NCBI RefSeq assembly: GCF_009914755.1
Contig: NC_060926.1
DNA from: the human T2T-CHM13v2.0 reference genome, Homo sapiens
DNA: 64,000 nucleotides
Reading direction: 5' to 3' (one strand)
The notes beneath the pieces are model-generated. The model was not told the origin of the DNA. It ran no database searches and saw nothing but the letters and a program-made list of their open reading frames with translations. The position numbers were made by a program, and so were the translations under genes. This document shows positions 31,233 to 46,126 of this stretch, piece after piece (position 1 is the first letter of the stretch; every line of letters starts with the position of its first letter).

Positions 31233-34200
31233 ATGCATTCATTTAGTAAATAATGACTTGGAAAAACAAAATTTGGACTATGAAATTTTGAAATTTTAAG
31301 TTGAAAATTAAAATGGTTTTATTCACTTATATTGTCTGTCCAAATAATCAGTATCACATGGTTACACTTAAGTAGTACATGTTAACAAATGTGCCCATGG
31401 TAAGAATACATTCTAAATCTTAATAAAATGCATCTTAAATCACTAGTAATAGTACTGAAAATGTGACCTACCAAATACTTATGATTGTAAAGTAAAAGTT
31501 AAAACTAGTATTATATAAACAACTTTGATAATATACTGTTGAATGATAATTGTCATCCTGGAAACATGAAACTACACTGGAAAGCGGTTTCTAATTATCA
31601 TTCATGTCTTTAGGTATAACATGTGATTTAATTAATACATACAATCATTACAAAATCATGACAGATAAGAAAAAACTATGGTCAGCATTAAAAAGTGACT
31701 AGCCTATTATGTCAGATGTTATGCAGATTGTCAGATATTATGTTTACTTATTAATAGCAAATTGTATAAATTTTTTAGGACCTGAAAGACTGTCTTTCCC
31801 ACAATGTTGATTCTCAAGAATGGAATCGTAATTTTTTTTCTTGAACACTCATTTTGTCTCCATTCAATAATAAACTCTCATCACAATATCCTTCCTCTGA
31901 ATCCTCATCCTGATATATATCTGTGAGTTCTAGTACCAAGGGCTCAGCAGTGCATCTCACCAGCTTCAAACCCCATGTCTCTATTTGATTTCTGCTATAC
32001 CCATAGGGTGTGTGTTTGATGCCATTAATTTAATAATATCAAGAAGGTCCACTAAGTTCACTGGCATAAGCATTCCCAAGAATGGTCCCAGTAATCATTT
32101 TCTACTGTCAGATCATTCCAGAAAACACTAAAAATCTGTTAACTCATTTTCCTGGGTTTAGCAATTAAAATTTAAGTAGAAATAGTAGTTTTTATATTTT
32201 AGTCTTCCTTTTCTTGAATTAGGAAATAGATTTTAGTCTTGGCATTCTAACTTTAAATTTTAAATAATACAAAACATATTGTAATCCAGTGCAATTTATT
32301 GGAATACTGTAAAGAATTGGATTTTAAATAATAGTGTATGGAGTGCTGTGAGGTTATTTTAATAATTATATGGTAGTCCTGTATGTTTTTTTCAAAATGT
32401 TGATGTCTAGATTATATTTAGAAACAGAAGGATCTTTCCTGAAGCAGAAGGAGGGCCTGGGACTCATGGTTATGATTTGAGATTGTCCCACCCCCATAAT
32501 CTCCACTGCTCACTGCATAGTATGCTCATGATCCATTCACTCTGTTTAAAATGTTACAATATTAGTTAAGATTGGGTTCATCTTTTAGTTTTACTTTGAG
32601 AGATATAGCAAACCAGTTTCTGAGAGCTGATTTCTATTTAAAGAACTGTGCAAAGCACTGAGGAAATGTAAAATTAAAAATAAAATATACACCTACTTTT
32701 CCACATACCTTGATCAATTTCATATAGCTATTATAGGGGCACATTCAGAGCTGCTGCTCTAAGGATTCCTTATTCCACAAAGAAAACAGTTTCCGTGGGT
32801 TTTGGCAGCCTAATATTTTGTTATGCTTTATACAGGTAGGAAGGAGACTAGGCTGATTGAAGAGATTCATTATAATATAGTTTCAGCTCCTTCATCCTGT
32901 CTGATGGGGAAAAGTGAAGAAGAATCTGCTAAAAATAGATAAGCAGAATGCTGGATCAACAAAATAAGGAGACCTTTTCTTCTTTAGGTTTGTTTCCTAA
33001 AAAGGCCTGTGGGAACTCTTATTTCTAAACAAGACCCGTGAATTAATTAGCAGATAGTAAAAATACGTGCATTTCAAAAATAAAAATCGACACTTGATTC
33101 ATTTGTACCACATAAAAAGAGCTAAGACTTGGTGGGAAGAAGCATTCTTACACGCAAGCTATCCTTTCACAGGCAGAACAGTTTTATCCTTTCAAAGTTA
33201 GCTGAAAAGGAAAAAAAAATCTATATACCAAACCCCATCTTCTAAATTACCCCCATTGAAAATGAAAGATGGGTTTTGGAGTTGAAGATTTCAGAGAGCA
33301 GATGTAGAAACTGAGATTTTGGCAGCTTCTATCAGAAACTAATGAGCTTTGGGGAAACCCAGCTGATGCAGAGTTTGGTAGATTACTATAAAAGCTACAG
33401 GGTGTCTAACACCTGTAGTGAACCAGCTTCAAGATGGAACATGGAAACTGACCAGAGGTAGCCTTTCCAAATTACTTATAAGATTATTCAACAGTATAAA
33501 AAAAATGAAAACACTGCCTAATGTAATATTATTCAATATATCTAAACTTTACCTTCCTATTAATAAATACACCACATATGCATATTCCTTTAAAGTAGGA
33601 GTGATGATACCTTAAATTCTTGGTGGGTGGCTTACATGGTCCATTAGTCACCATAATACTATGGCTGGGCTTTTTTTAGTGGTTGCTACCTAAGACAATC
33701 AGTGGATAATACAATGGCTCTCAGTGAGAGGCCTGGAGCCTTTGGCCAGGTGGTAGGAGAGCAGAGGGATAGTGTGAAACACTGTAGTAGAAGAAAGTGC
33801 TGGCAGACCACAAAAGCTCACATTTCTTATACTCTGTAGTAAGGAACTTCCTTTCTGTGGCTGGTTCCTCTTACAGTTTTGCAGTTTACTTTCTTGCCAT
33901 GAATGGTAATATACTAAGCAGCTAATTTCAGTGTGTTCATCCTAAATATAATTAGTACATGTTTGGCTCTTCAGGAATCTGCACATCTGACTGTAGGTTT
34001 TACAGGGATATACAAATTAGACAATCGTTATGTGTTGATGCTGGTAAGATGCCGTTATGGGACTTGAAGTCAATATTCATACACATGTATTTTTCAGTTG
34101 CTCAGTCCTGCTGTATCAATATGTGTGTTTGGAAGGGTATGAATAAAAGTGGAGGTGGGGGCTATTAACAAGAATGGACAGAAATACCTGTGCCAAAGAT

Positions 34201-36328
34201 TGTGGCCCCCAAGTGTATTAGACCTTTCCAAACCATCTCAGCATCCTACCAACACCTTCCCAATTCATAGGTCTAATTCAGTGTTTCCCATAAACTCTAA
34301 TCTCACTGTGGGCACTACCCCTTGAGTCCAGTGGATCCATCTTGGTAGCTCTTAGCCTGTAGAACCTCTAATTACTTACCATTAAATTTTAGCATAAAGT
34401 TCAAGTCTCTAATCACAACCTAAAATATTCTATACAAGTTCATCTCGTCTACCAAATTGTCACTGTTGTCTGGAAAACATTCAGGTATCCTTTCTCTTCT
34501 CTGAATGTTCCGTGCTCTTCCTTTGTCAGAGTCTTTGCCTCATCCTTTCCTCCGCTTGCTGTGCTCTTCCTCATTCTTCATTTTTGTAATTGAAGTATAG
34601 TCTTTATTTGGCAGTATCTAAGGAGCAGAGCTGTCAGATGTTAAGTGAAACATGGTGAAAAATGGCAACTGCAGTGATATCAGTATTTCCATTTGTTTGG
34701 ATTTCTTTATGACAAATTATCATATACATGTGGGAGAAGTCTAAACGTCCTTCTGATTTTTTTGTGAAAAAGTGAAGGAATGTTAAGTCATTTTCCATGT
34801 GGCACATTAAAGCTGCCAAAAACAAATCTAGCCTGAATTTGGGTACTTAATTATATAATTAAGAAATCTGTATCGGGCACATTTTGTATTCAGAAATCTG
34901 CAGTGATTTCCACTTAGGACCTTAACAGTGTGTTTGCAGAGATTAGTGATTCCCAAGTTCAAATCTTGTGAACTCATCTCTTAATCCATAAATACTTATT
35001 GGACAACTACTACATGTAAGTCTTTCTAAAAGTGAGCATGTCAAATTTCTAGTTATCGTGTAAACATGTCCTGAGAGAATAGAAGCATTAGAATCAACCT
35101 GGGAAGATATTTTACTCTCTTACAAGGGTTACTTAAGAATGTATAGTGTGCCCATCACTGTGCTAGGCAACAAACTTTGTTGTTCCTTGAGAATTAAGAG
35201 TTCCTGATCTCAGAAAGGTCACTTTCTGGCAGAAAAAGTCTTAAAATTTAATTTCAGTGTATTCTCATAAATACAATAAAGTAAACATGTTAACGATACA
35301 AAATAATTAATGGTGAGAGAGGTGACAGTGGATCATTAGGAAGGTTTTCCTGAAGTGCCTGAGTTTTGAAAAAAGAAATAACTCATATTATCATCATAGA
35401 GTGTTCCCAGACTCCCCCTGCCACCTGGAGCCAAGGTTCTTTTCTTAGTTTCTTTCTCTCCATTGCCTTGCTAGAAAGGGGCTGCCTTTGGCTGATCAGT
35501 TTTTTGATTATCACAATCAAGAGATGGAAGAAGGTGACCACATGAGTGAACCAAGGCTGGGAAAGGAGTTTGGGGTTAATTTAGGAGGACAAATAGGGGA
35601 TGCTATTGTCTATCAGAAGAATAAACAGGAGAGAAAGGTACAGACTTTAAAAAGTGTAGCTCTTCTACATGATGTATCACATTTATTGCTTCAAGAACTT
35701 AAATGTCGTAGAGTAGCGTAGAGACACGTGAAGTAATAAATGTTCCACCCATTATTTTCAGATCTGGGAGTGAACCATATGGGACACAGAAGGGTAAGTG
35801 GATATTTACTGGGAAGATGAAAGTGACATCCAACCAGAGAAATCAGAATGGCAGAGGCATAAATACATGAAATAGCATGGGCTTTTAAGCTGACTCTAAG
35901 AAAGTTAGTATTGACAGCTGTACAGAGGGAAGGGAAATGTAATGGCATGGACATGTCAGTAGATGCAGCTGTGTCTATAGGATACGCCATCTTAATATGG
36001 ATAATTTCTAATCAGTCTAATGGTTCATAATTTTAACAGCTGTTTGACTGACTCTTAGCATAAATTGCCACACTACCAGCTAATTGACTTGACGTCTGGT
36101 GACAGAGTCTTAATTGCTTGTAAAGAAATGATGATTGGATATTAGGCTGAATTGATCCATTTAGCACATTTACAATCTTTTGGTATTGTCATCTATCCTT
36201 TCCCTTGTGTTTTACCTTCTATCTCTTTCACAAATAAAGTGTAGCAAAATGGTATTGATATTAACATCACTTCATTCCTGTGAAACGGGTTGTATTGTCT
36301 CTGGTCTGTATTGTTACTGTCTTATCTC

Positions 36329-36500
36329 CAGAGGTAGATTCAAGGTAATATTAGTCAAGACTAAGCTTCAGGACCTATCACTTCCCTTGGGCTCATTTCA
36401 CGTGGATCTAAATTTTGACATATAATCGTATCTTTTTTCTTAAACAGGAACCCCAAAGTTGTATAAGATTCAGGCCCTATAAAACCTGATTCTACTCCTG
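36329..36500. mobile_element. Small hAT-type MITE (family uncertain)
   Basis: Imperfect TIRs cagaggtagattc / gattctactcctg, with internal gttgtataagattcaggccctataaaacctg. Confidence 0.5.
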
Positions 36501-36852
36501 CAGTTATCTCTGACACCAAAGGTGCATCGCAAGGTGAAATAGTTGTCAACAGTATTTTAATAAGTCCTTGAAGCCACATTCTAGTTTCTTATTATTATCA
36601 TTTGGTAGACTCCTAAAATTTGATGTGATTTTTGACCCAGATGTTAAAATGTAAATTATTCAAGGTGTAGTTTGCTCTCCAAAGGGAGTACGTAAATGTG
36701 ATTATAAAGTGATTCTAAAAATTCTGTATTGCCAATTCAGATATAATTACTGGGTGATTGAAGACTTTGTCTCCTCATAATAATAAATAAATATACCTGC
36801 TATGCATTGTAAATATTAAATCAGATTTTATACATCTTTCTACTAAACAACT

Positions 36853-38012
36853 TTATTAGTTCACTAGGGCTGTCATAAGAAAGTGCAGTAGATACCCCTC
36901 TATTAGCAATTTTGCTTTCTGCAATTTCAATTACCTATGGTCAGCTGCAGTCCAAAAATATTAAATAGTAAATTTCGGAAATCAAGTTCTAAGTTTTAGA
37001 TTGCACATCATTCTGAGTAACATGATGAAATTTCATGCCATCCTTCCCTGTCCCATCTGGTACCTGAACCCTCTCTTTGTCCAGCATATCCACACTGGAG
37101 ACACTCCCCACCCCTAAGTCGCTTAGTAGCCCTCTCCATTATCAGTTCCACTCTCAAGGTATCACTGTGCTTGTGTTCAAGTAACATTTATTTTACTTAA
37201 TAATGGCACAAAAGTATAAAACTAGTGATGCTGGCACTTCAGATATACCAAAGAGAAGCCATAAAGTACTTCCTTTAAAGGTGAAAGTTTTTGACCTAAG
37301 AGAAGAAATTTTTTTTTTTGCTAAAATCTACAGTAAAAAGAAACCTTCTATTAGTGAAATTGTGAAGAAGGAAAAAGAAATTTTTGCTAGTTTTGCTGTC
37401 GAACTTCAACTACAAAAGATACAGCCACAGTGCCTGATAAGCACTTGGTTAAGATGGAAAAGGCATTAAGTGTGTGAGTGGAAGACATGACCAGAAATGT
37501 CTTCTGATTAAGATCTACTGGGGGTCTTGGAATGTATTCCCCACAGATAAGGGGGTACTACCATACCACATACTGGCGGGCTCAAACAGTAGAAATTAAT
37601 TGTTTTACGGTTCTGGGGTCTGAAAGTTTGCGATCTAAGTAAAGGCAGGGTGGGTTCCTTCTGAAGGCCATGAGGGAGAATATGTTCCAGGCCTCTCTCC
37701 CAGCTTCTGGTGGTTTGCCTGCAACTTTTGTTGTTCCTTAGCAGCAGCAGCAGCCAAGGCAACAAATCTCTGCCTTTATTGTCACAAGGCATTCTTTCTG
37801 TGTGCATGTCTGTGTCCACATTTCTTCTTTTTACAAAGACACCAGTCATATTGGATTAGGGGCCCACCCTACTCCAGAATGACCTCATCTTAACACAACT
37901 AATTCTATCTGCAACGACCCTATTTCCAATTAGTTCACACTCTGAGGTCTTCAGGGTCAGGACTTCAACCTATGAATTTAGGGGGGCAGTATATACAATT
38001 CAACCCATAACA
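36853..38012 (-). mobile_element. MLT1C-like MaLR LTR interrupted by Tigger7/MER44
   Basis: tattagttcactagggctgtcataagaaagt resumes at 37561 with taccacatactgg and ends caattcaacccataaca. Confidence 0.8.
36886..37560 (+). mobile_element. MER44/Tigger7 (TcMar-Tigger) deletion derivative with transposase N-terminal remnant
   Basis: TIRs cagtagatacccc / ataagggggtacta. ORF 37203-37469 (MAQKYKTSDAGTSDIPKRSHKVLPL...EIVKKEKEI) resembles the Tigger CENP-B-type HTH N-terminus. Confidence 0.85.
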
Positions 38013-40383
38013 ACAATTCATGATAGTAAATGGTTCAGAAAGAACACTGTCAACATTCATTAATTGGTTTGCTTCTGCTGTAGACAGTGCTTAGCATTCA
38101 AAAAAGCAGCTCTAGGTATTTATCTTCAGTAGTCACAGGCAGATTTGGGACAGCTAAAAGTATTGAGCATTTGTTTAATGTCAGTAGACATGAATATAAG
38201 CGTTTATTATTTTTATGGTCTGGAGTTTAGAAAATATCATATTTGCCCACTGGGTTGCAGCCTCAAGTCACATTTCAATTCTGGGGCCTGCAGCAGAAAA
38301 CTTTTAAAAAGCAGCTGATGTTGAAAGATATAAATTATGATCCTTCTTGTCCTATTACACCTTCACAGCTTCTTGGTTTTTCCTTTCAAGGGGGGATACT
38401 GTGGACAGTTTTGGAATTCTGTCGAATATTCAGGGTATCTGTGTCTTAATAAAACATCCTGTATTGAATCTGTACTCACCCATTAAAAACAAACTATAGA
38501 TACTTCATTAGAAATAGAATTTGAAAATTCCATCCTCTACACCTCTCACTGAGATAATGGCTTCCTTAAATTTTTGAGCAAAGTTGAACAATTCATTTCA
38601 TCATCTATAATTTATTCTTAATTTTAACTAATGAAATGGAATCATTAAGAAGGAAATTAAGGGGGAGACAGCAAAGAAGAAAAAGAAGAAAGGGGGATCA
38701 CCAAATGTGAAGAAAAGAGAAAATACTTTTTTTCTGAATTTTCAGAAAGCCTCTCTTAAATAAGTATTGAAGTTCCGTAAATAATTCTGTCTGCAGAGGA
38801 TAAAAGGAGCAGATTGACCAATTACTTTCAAAGTGTTTGATCATATCCATGTTTTCATCAATTATTCAAGCTTTAGGAGTCATCAAAGAATCCTAATGCG
38901 TAACTCAAAATGAGGAGCAAAAGCTAAGATATTGGCAAATGCTTTTCATGTTTCAAATTCCTCCCACTTATAAGCATATGTGCTTTTGAATGTTGGGCAG
39001 ATTTAAATCTTTGTGCGTGGGAAGGAGGTTGACAAGTTAGCCTTTTGGACAAAAGGGAAGAAGGACATAAAGATGTTAAAAAGCCACGTTGGCAAGTAGA
39101 GCTGGAGGTACAGGATGAAATGACACCCTTGGGGTAATGTGACCCAATCTCAGGTTATATTCCATTATGCCACACCCTGTGCCTGGCTACACATTTGCCA
39201 CTCCAGGCCATGCAGTGATTCACCATATAGAATAGTCAGACCTGAGTCTTTGAACAAAAACTAGCTGCCAAGAACAGTTTAAGAATCATAAGAAGAATAA
39301 AATTAGGTGATTAGACAGAAGAAAGAGGAAGGATGATACAGTACGATCCTATAATAATGCAAAAGTAAGTTCCAAAGAAACGTTTCTACTAAGTCTGAAA
39401 TATATTACTTAGTTTTATCCGGATTGTAAGTTACCAGACCATTTTATGGGCGCTATAATGTCACTAGAAGTGCATGTCTAACAAAATAATAGAGTACATT
39501 ACCAATTCTGCTGTGATGGCTACTGCAGAGAAACTATTAGACCCATTTGTCAATGTACCTTGGTGTCTAACAATTTTAAAGAATGAGTAGTTGTGGAAAC
39601 TGTTCAACATTTTAAAGACATCATTTCTCCTCAGACACATTCCATTGAATCATCAATTTTGGGTACATCTATTTGTCCACCCATGCTTTTCCTGTAAAGC
39701 TGATTGAAAAGAAAACAACAAAAACACATTTTGAATGGCAGAATAGAAAATACTAACGATGTATGAATTTGAAAGGTCTATTTATTGTTTCAAACAAGAT
39801 TGATATTTTGTTATATTTTGGGTATTGTGCAAGTTGGCACAAAACATTAAAATAGAATATATACAAAGTAGATCTTCAAAATATGAAAATCTGCTTTGCA
39901 ATGAAATAAATTTGAGGTTGGAGATAGCAGTATTCGTGCCATTATAAAGAATTTCTTTAGAGTGGATACATTTAGCAGGCATTTTCAAAGCATAGCTTTA
40001 GGAACAGTTTATAGTAATAGATTAATGCAAAGGAGTTTGCTTTACCTGCTCTCCCTTCAACCTTCATTCACTGATCTTGTGTTCCCAATCCTTTATAATC
40101 CTAAACACCAACCCACTTCACCTTCCAACTATTTTAACAATTATTAAATGGGTGAGTTAATAAGAGGAAAGAAGAGAGCATGGCGATTTATTCCAAAAGA
40201 AAGAACTCCTTGTTTGCTCTGTGCCCTTGAGGAAGTCAGTTCCGTCAATCATTAGATAGGGGGCTGGACTCGGTAATCCATGAAGTCCCTCCCAGATCTA
40301 CTGTGTTAAGATGCTAAGTGAGGACACTAAAATCAAGGCTTATAAAAAAACAAAAGCAAATGGCAGTGTGAAACCAACTTTCT

Positions 40384-40697
40384 TTTTTTTTTAGGGTTAT
40401 TATAGTTTTTTTTTAAATTATACTTTAAGTTCTAGGGTACATGTGCACAACGTGCAGGTTTGTTACATATGTATACATGTGCCATGTTGGTGTGCTGCAC
40501 CCATTAACTCGTCATTTACATTAGGTATATCTCCTAATGCTATTCGTCCCTCCTCCCCCCACCCCATGATAGGCCCCGGTGTGTGATGTTCCCCACCCTG
40601 TGTCCAAGTGTTCTAATTTGTTCAATTCCCACCTTTGAGTGAGAACATGTGGTGTTTGGTTTTTTGTCCTTGTGATAGTTTGCTGAGAATGATGGTT
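40384..40697 (-). mobile_element. 5'-truncated L1PA5-like 3' end
   Basis: L1 3'UTR (ttctagggtac, caggtttgttac, ccccaccctgtgtccaag). 18-bp TSD gtgtgaaacca(a/g)ctttct at 40366-40383 and 40698-40715. Confidence 0.92.
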
Positions 40698-40786
40698 GTG
40701 TGAAACCAGCTTTCTAAATTTTCTTCAAATATTTGAAAACAACTTTTCAGATATAAGCTTCAGCATTGTAATATTTTGGATTGTAT

Positions 40787-40945
40787 GCTACTTGGGAGGC
40801 TGGGGCAGGAGAATGGTGTGATCCCGGGAGGCGAAGCTTTCAGTGATCCTAGGTCGCGCCACTGCACTCCAGCCTGGGCAACAGAGTGAGACTTCGGCTC
40901 AAAAATAAATAAATAAGTAAATAAATAAATAATAAATAAATAAAA
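40787..40945 (+). mobile_element. Alu right monomer (AluY-like) with (TAAA)n tail
   Basis: gctacttgggaggctggggcaggagaatggtgtgatcccgggagg...(taaa)n. Confidence 0.88.
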
Positions 40946-40954
40946 GAAATGCTG

Positions 40955-41130
40955 TTTACTAGTTTTGGGACATGGAGTAGATCACTTCACCTTTATAAAC
41001 CAAAATTCCCCACTGTGTAAAACAAGAATATTGATATTAGTGTATAGGTAGTTGAAGATTAAATGAGGTGGTACAGGCAAAGGTTTAGTTCCAACAAAAT
41101 GTTCAGTAATATTAGCATTTATTATTTTTA
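40955..41130 (+). mobile_element. MIR fragment
   Basis: tcacttcaccttt...ccccactgtgtaaaac...gttgaagattaaatgagg. Confidence 0.5.
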
Positions 41131-41539
41131 TCTAGATGTGTATTGGCAATAATTAATGTATTCAGTTACTAATTCAAAAATATGCATGTATATTTTAGAT
41201 CAAGCATTGCATTAAATGCTAGGGACCCCACAGAACAATCTCTTCTCCTCCCTGTTAGTTACTATTTGATTATTTAAGAGTGAACTGATATATGTTTGTG
41301 GGAGAGCATATATTTTGAATGTATTAGCTTTTGTTTTAAAACTCTGTATGACTGAGATGGAAATGTAACAAGATTCAAGTGAGTAAAACATAACTTTCAT
41401 ATTTCTGCTAGTAAGCACAATTCAACTCTGGTCTTCCTTTTATTGGTAGCAGAAAATTCAGTCTTGCAATTTGAGGTAACTTGGCTACCTCCTATCTCAA
41501 AGTGATCCTCTTTGGGTTCAATTCAGGATATCCCACCAC

Positions 41540-42288
41540 TGTAATCACCCAATGGGTTTTTCTTGCCTGCTGCACAGACAAAACCAGTTCACCGAGACCG
41601 TGGTATTGTAATAAAGAAAGAGTTTAAGTAATGCGATGCTAGCCACGTGGTAGAATCACTTAAATCAGTCAAAAGGCTCAGAGGGTTAGAGGCTTTCAAA
41701 TAGTTTTGTGGGCAGAAGACTACAGAATAGGTGCTGCTTATTAGCTGGGGAACCAATTTTCCACATCATAGGGATGTGGAAAATGGCCCTCATGCGCTGA
41801 GTCTGCCTCTGGCTGGGGCCACAGGATGATTGTGGATTGTGTCTGGATGGGGTCAGTCAGTTGCCGGAATGTGAAAGTCTGTAAAACATCTGGAAAGCGC
41901 AATCTTGGGTTCTACAGTCATGATGTTAACTATAGGAGCAGTTGATGAAGCTATAAATCTTGTGACCCCTGGCTACATGACTCTTGAGCAGTAAGGGATT
42001 ATAGAAACCATGCCTACATTTTAGCAGACTTCATGCCCCTCCCACCTAATCTTGTAGCCTTCCATTAGTCTTACAAAGGCAGTTTCAGCCCCCAGAGAGG
42101 GATCAGTTTTAGGGAGGGACTATTACCATCTTTGCTTCAAAGTTAAAGGATAAACTAAACTCCTCCCATGCCTAGCCAGCCCCACACCCAGGAATGAGCG
42201 AAGCCAGCAGCCTGCGAGGCTAGAAGCAAAATGGAGTCAGCCATGCTCAATTTCTCCCACTGTCGTAACCTCTGCAAAGGAGGTTTCA
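41540..42288 (-). mobile_element. ERV1 solo LTR (LTR8A-like)
   Basis: tgtaatcacccaatgggtttttcttgcctgctgcacagac...ctctgcaaaggaggtttca termini. Confidence 0.8.
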
Positions 42289-43157
42289 CAGCTAGGGCTG
42301 CCCACTCTGCAGCTTTGTGCAGCTGTGGACTCCCATGACATCAAGCTAGAGTGACTCTTTAGGCTTGCTGATTGTCAACCCTTAACTCTGTTTTGTTCCT
42401 TAGCCATGGTGTTGAGAACTTGTGAGTGCTAAAAAAACAAAAAACAAACAAACAAACGAAACCACCACAGGTGGGGCGGGGACTATCTTAGGCCTTCTCT
42501 TTACCCAGAGCTGCCTTGCTGACATTTCCACCTATTGCAGCTTAGTTTGTTGAAGGCAATCAGCAAGGTTATTTTCTTCTCAAGTTTCAGAGTTCACTGG
42601 GAGTGAGTCCCCAGTACAAGAGTGACTAAATATTTTGGGAAGTTTCTATCACCCAACTGGCCAGAGTTTCAACCCCAGAGCAGGTTCAGGGAAGACGGCA
42701 ACCCATACTGTCTACACTCCTTTTGTTTCACTTTCCCTATCTCTCCTCTTCAGTGCTGTAGAAAAACTGCTCATATGGCATCACTTATCTTTTCCACCTT
42801 CACTGTGGCCTTGAACCCTTTGCTCCCAGTCCTATAAGATTTGGTTCTTGATATTTAAATCCAAGCTTTTGGAACTTTTTTTCTCTCCAGCAGCTGGTAC
42901 TTGCAATTCAAAACCATGGTTTTAAAGACGATTGTCTGCACTGTTGACTTACAAGGGTCAAATTAGTTGCTCAAAGGCCAAAAATGTGCATCTTTGTTCT
43001 CTCTGAATCAACCTTACCCTGAGGCATAAAGTCCTTTTTGCTGCTTATATATGGTAAAAAAAACATAACTAAAATAAATTGAAAAATTCTTCACTTAGTT
43101 TAATATCAAAATACCCCGCTACAGAACAAACCCACAGTGGAATAAAATGATAGTTGT

Positions 43158-43200
43158 CCTGTATATTTATCTAAGTTTGCCTGTATATTTATCTAAGTTT
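43158..43200. repeat. Exact tandem duplication, period 22
   Basis: cctgtatatttatctaagttt at 43158-43178 and 43180-43200. Confidence 0.9.
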
Positions 43201-44450
43201 AGCTTATCTCCATAAGCTAAAATAAAAACAAAACAATAAATGTTTTAATTATATACCTCTGTAGTCTAACTTAAATAATGTTCCTCCGTTAAAACAAAAT
43301 TAATGCTAAAATGTTTTTGCTATAATAGAGCTGCACATGCTGTCACTAAATTTGCTTTTCCAAAATGTTTCAACACGGCCATGCTGTCTTGGTACAATCT
43401 TAGCTATAAACATGATTCATTTATATATTGAATGCCTATGTGCCAGGCACTAGGTGTAAGCAACTGAGAAAGAATGATGGTCATGTCCCTAATTTCCTAA
43501 ATGCTGAGAATTCCTCTCTGACCAAATGAACATCATTTTTCAAACAGTAACAGCCTCCCAAAGCTTGCCTTTCCAGGAAGTTCACAGCCAAACCTGGAAT
43601 CTTCACCTGTTCTGTATGGTGGTAGAGTTAATTGTGTATTTTGTATTTCTTTCTCCACCACTGGAGAGAGCACTCTGTTACATGCCCAAAAGAGTTATTT
43701 CAGGATGCACAATTTTAAGGCAGAGTTAAAAAGTTAAAGGCAGAGTTTAAAATCCTTTTTTTGAAGGCAGAGATTAAAAGTCTCTTTTAAGTGAATAGTA
43801 TACAGAAAAACAATGTATTTCTTTTTTTTTAGAAAACAATTAAAACATATTTCCAACCTAACAGCTGTTATTTTCCCAAGATACAGTTAGCTGTAGAAGG
43901 GTAGGAAATGATTCTGTAAGTTTAAACAGCACAAATTTTGTGTCGTTCCTTTCCTCCTGCCTTCTTGCTTTCAAATGGATGCAGCATAAAGACATCTCTC
44001 CTCACAGTTCTTGGTTAATAAAATAATCTCATAGTCTGACTCTAATATTACTAAACTCAAATGAATAATATATCAAAATCTGAAGAGATGAATCATATTT
44101 TTTGGCTACACGGGGGCTTTCAAATCTCCATTATGTCTAGGTTTTTAAAACAAAAACATTTATTTTGAGCTTTCTTTATTCTTATAGTACATGATCTGAT
44201 GGGAAGTAAGTATGAATTAAAGATGATCATGAGATTAAAATAAATTAACTCTTTCAGGACACCAGAGTTTTATAACTTAGACACTACATTTTCACAAATG
44301 CGAAATTTGAAATATACATTGTTCACCTCCTCCAGGCCATTGTTTCTCAAACTTCTACAATATATACCGTGTCTTTAAGACAAAAACAAAAACTAGTACA
44401 AAAATCTTCTCTTCGAACCCCAGTGTTAAATCATTTTTATTACATTGTTA

Positions 44451-44708
<258 letters not shown>

Positions 44709-44848
44709 TTATATCTCTCACAAAACATAATTATAACGCAGTGTGCTGTATTATGATAATTCTAATATTTTTTGGAGCCTCTGCACAGTATCGTTGTTTG
44801 CCTTTTGCTATCTCTGTTCTTTTCTCATTAAAATTTCTTGAGGCCAGT

Positions 44849-45158
<310 letters not shown>

Positions 45159-46126
45159 CTTCTTGAGGCCAAAACAATAGTATCTACAAACATAAACACT
45201 GGGTTCATATGGCAGTACTTGGCTAAATTATTATGGGAAATCAAAACACAAATAAGAATATTCAAAGATAATTTTCCAAAGGGACAAATTCAAATATAAA
45301 AAACTATCAAAATGTTATTTAACTCAGTTATTAACAAGGAAACCAGTAAAATGTTAACTGGTTTAATATAGAATTCAAATTAATACACATATATGGTTGA
45401 GTCAGGAATGTTGAAATGAATCTACAAATAGATGAAAAACTGGCTTTTTCCCCTAGGTTGCAGTGGAGAGAAAGATCAGTTGTTCCTCCACCAAAAGGAA
45501 TTTACATGTCTTTGGATAAGTATTATTTTAATTGCTACCATTTATATATAATTTATAGCCTTGTAAAATAGCTCAATCAGCCCTCCATAGAATCAGATAA
45601 CTTGAAACTATATGTTAAATATATGTTAAATAATGCCTGCTTTTCCAATGAAGATACCTGGTGTTCTTTTGGTTCATTATTTGGCTCATAATTTGTTCAT
45701 TCAGTATATTTAAGAGGAATGTACAGACCCTATAGAACCTATCCATGGATCGCATGGAAATTCCAAAACCCTCTGTCTCTATTGCACACAACAAGCATCT
45801 TCAATGGAGCTATCTCCGTTAAGAACTGACCTCTAGCCACATATAGAAGCTCCATATGAGCCCTATTGTCTTTAAGGAATATATGGCTCTTACTTCAGAT
45901 ATAAACATAAGCAACCTCTTTTAATAAGTTGGATGACCTCTTCTGAGGGAATAACTATGACAACTAATCTCACATCTTTATATGTGAAAATTTTCGCCTA
46001 AGGATAGATAATTACAATGATAAGCCAAGCCTTCAGTAAAAATGTATTGAGTTTTGTTCTTTCTTTTTTTGGGAGGGAGTGGAGTGGAGAGCAATTACTA
46101 TACCAGGTACTGTACTAAGTACTTTA

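Noticed and set aside
37741-37754. Short (CAG)n tract
   Set aside because: Only about 4 units, inside an MLT1 LTR and non-coding.
43715-43790. Three copies of aaggcagag(a)ttaaaa
   Set aside because: Short, irregularly spaced and imperfect. Best explained as local slippage, not a repeat-spacer array.
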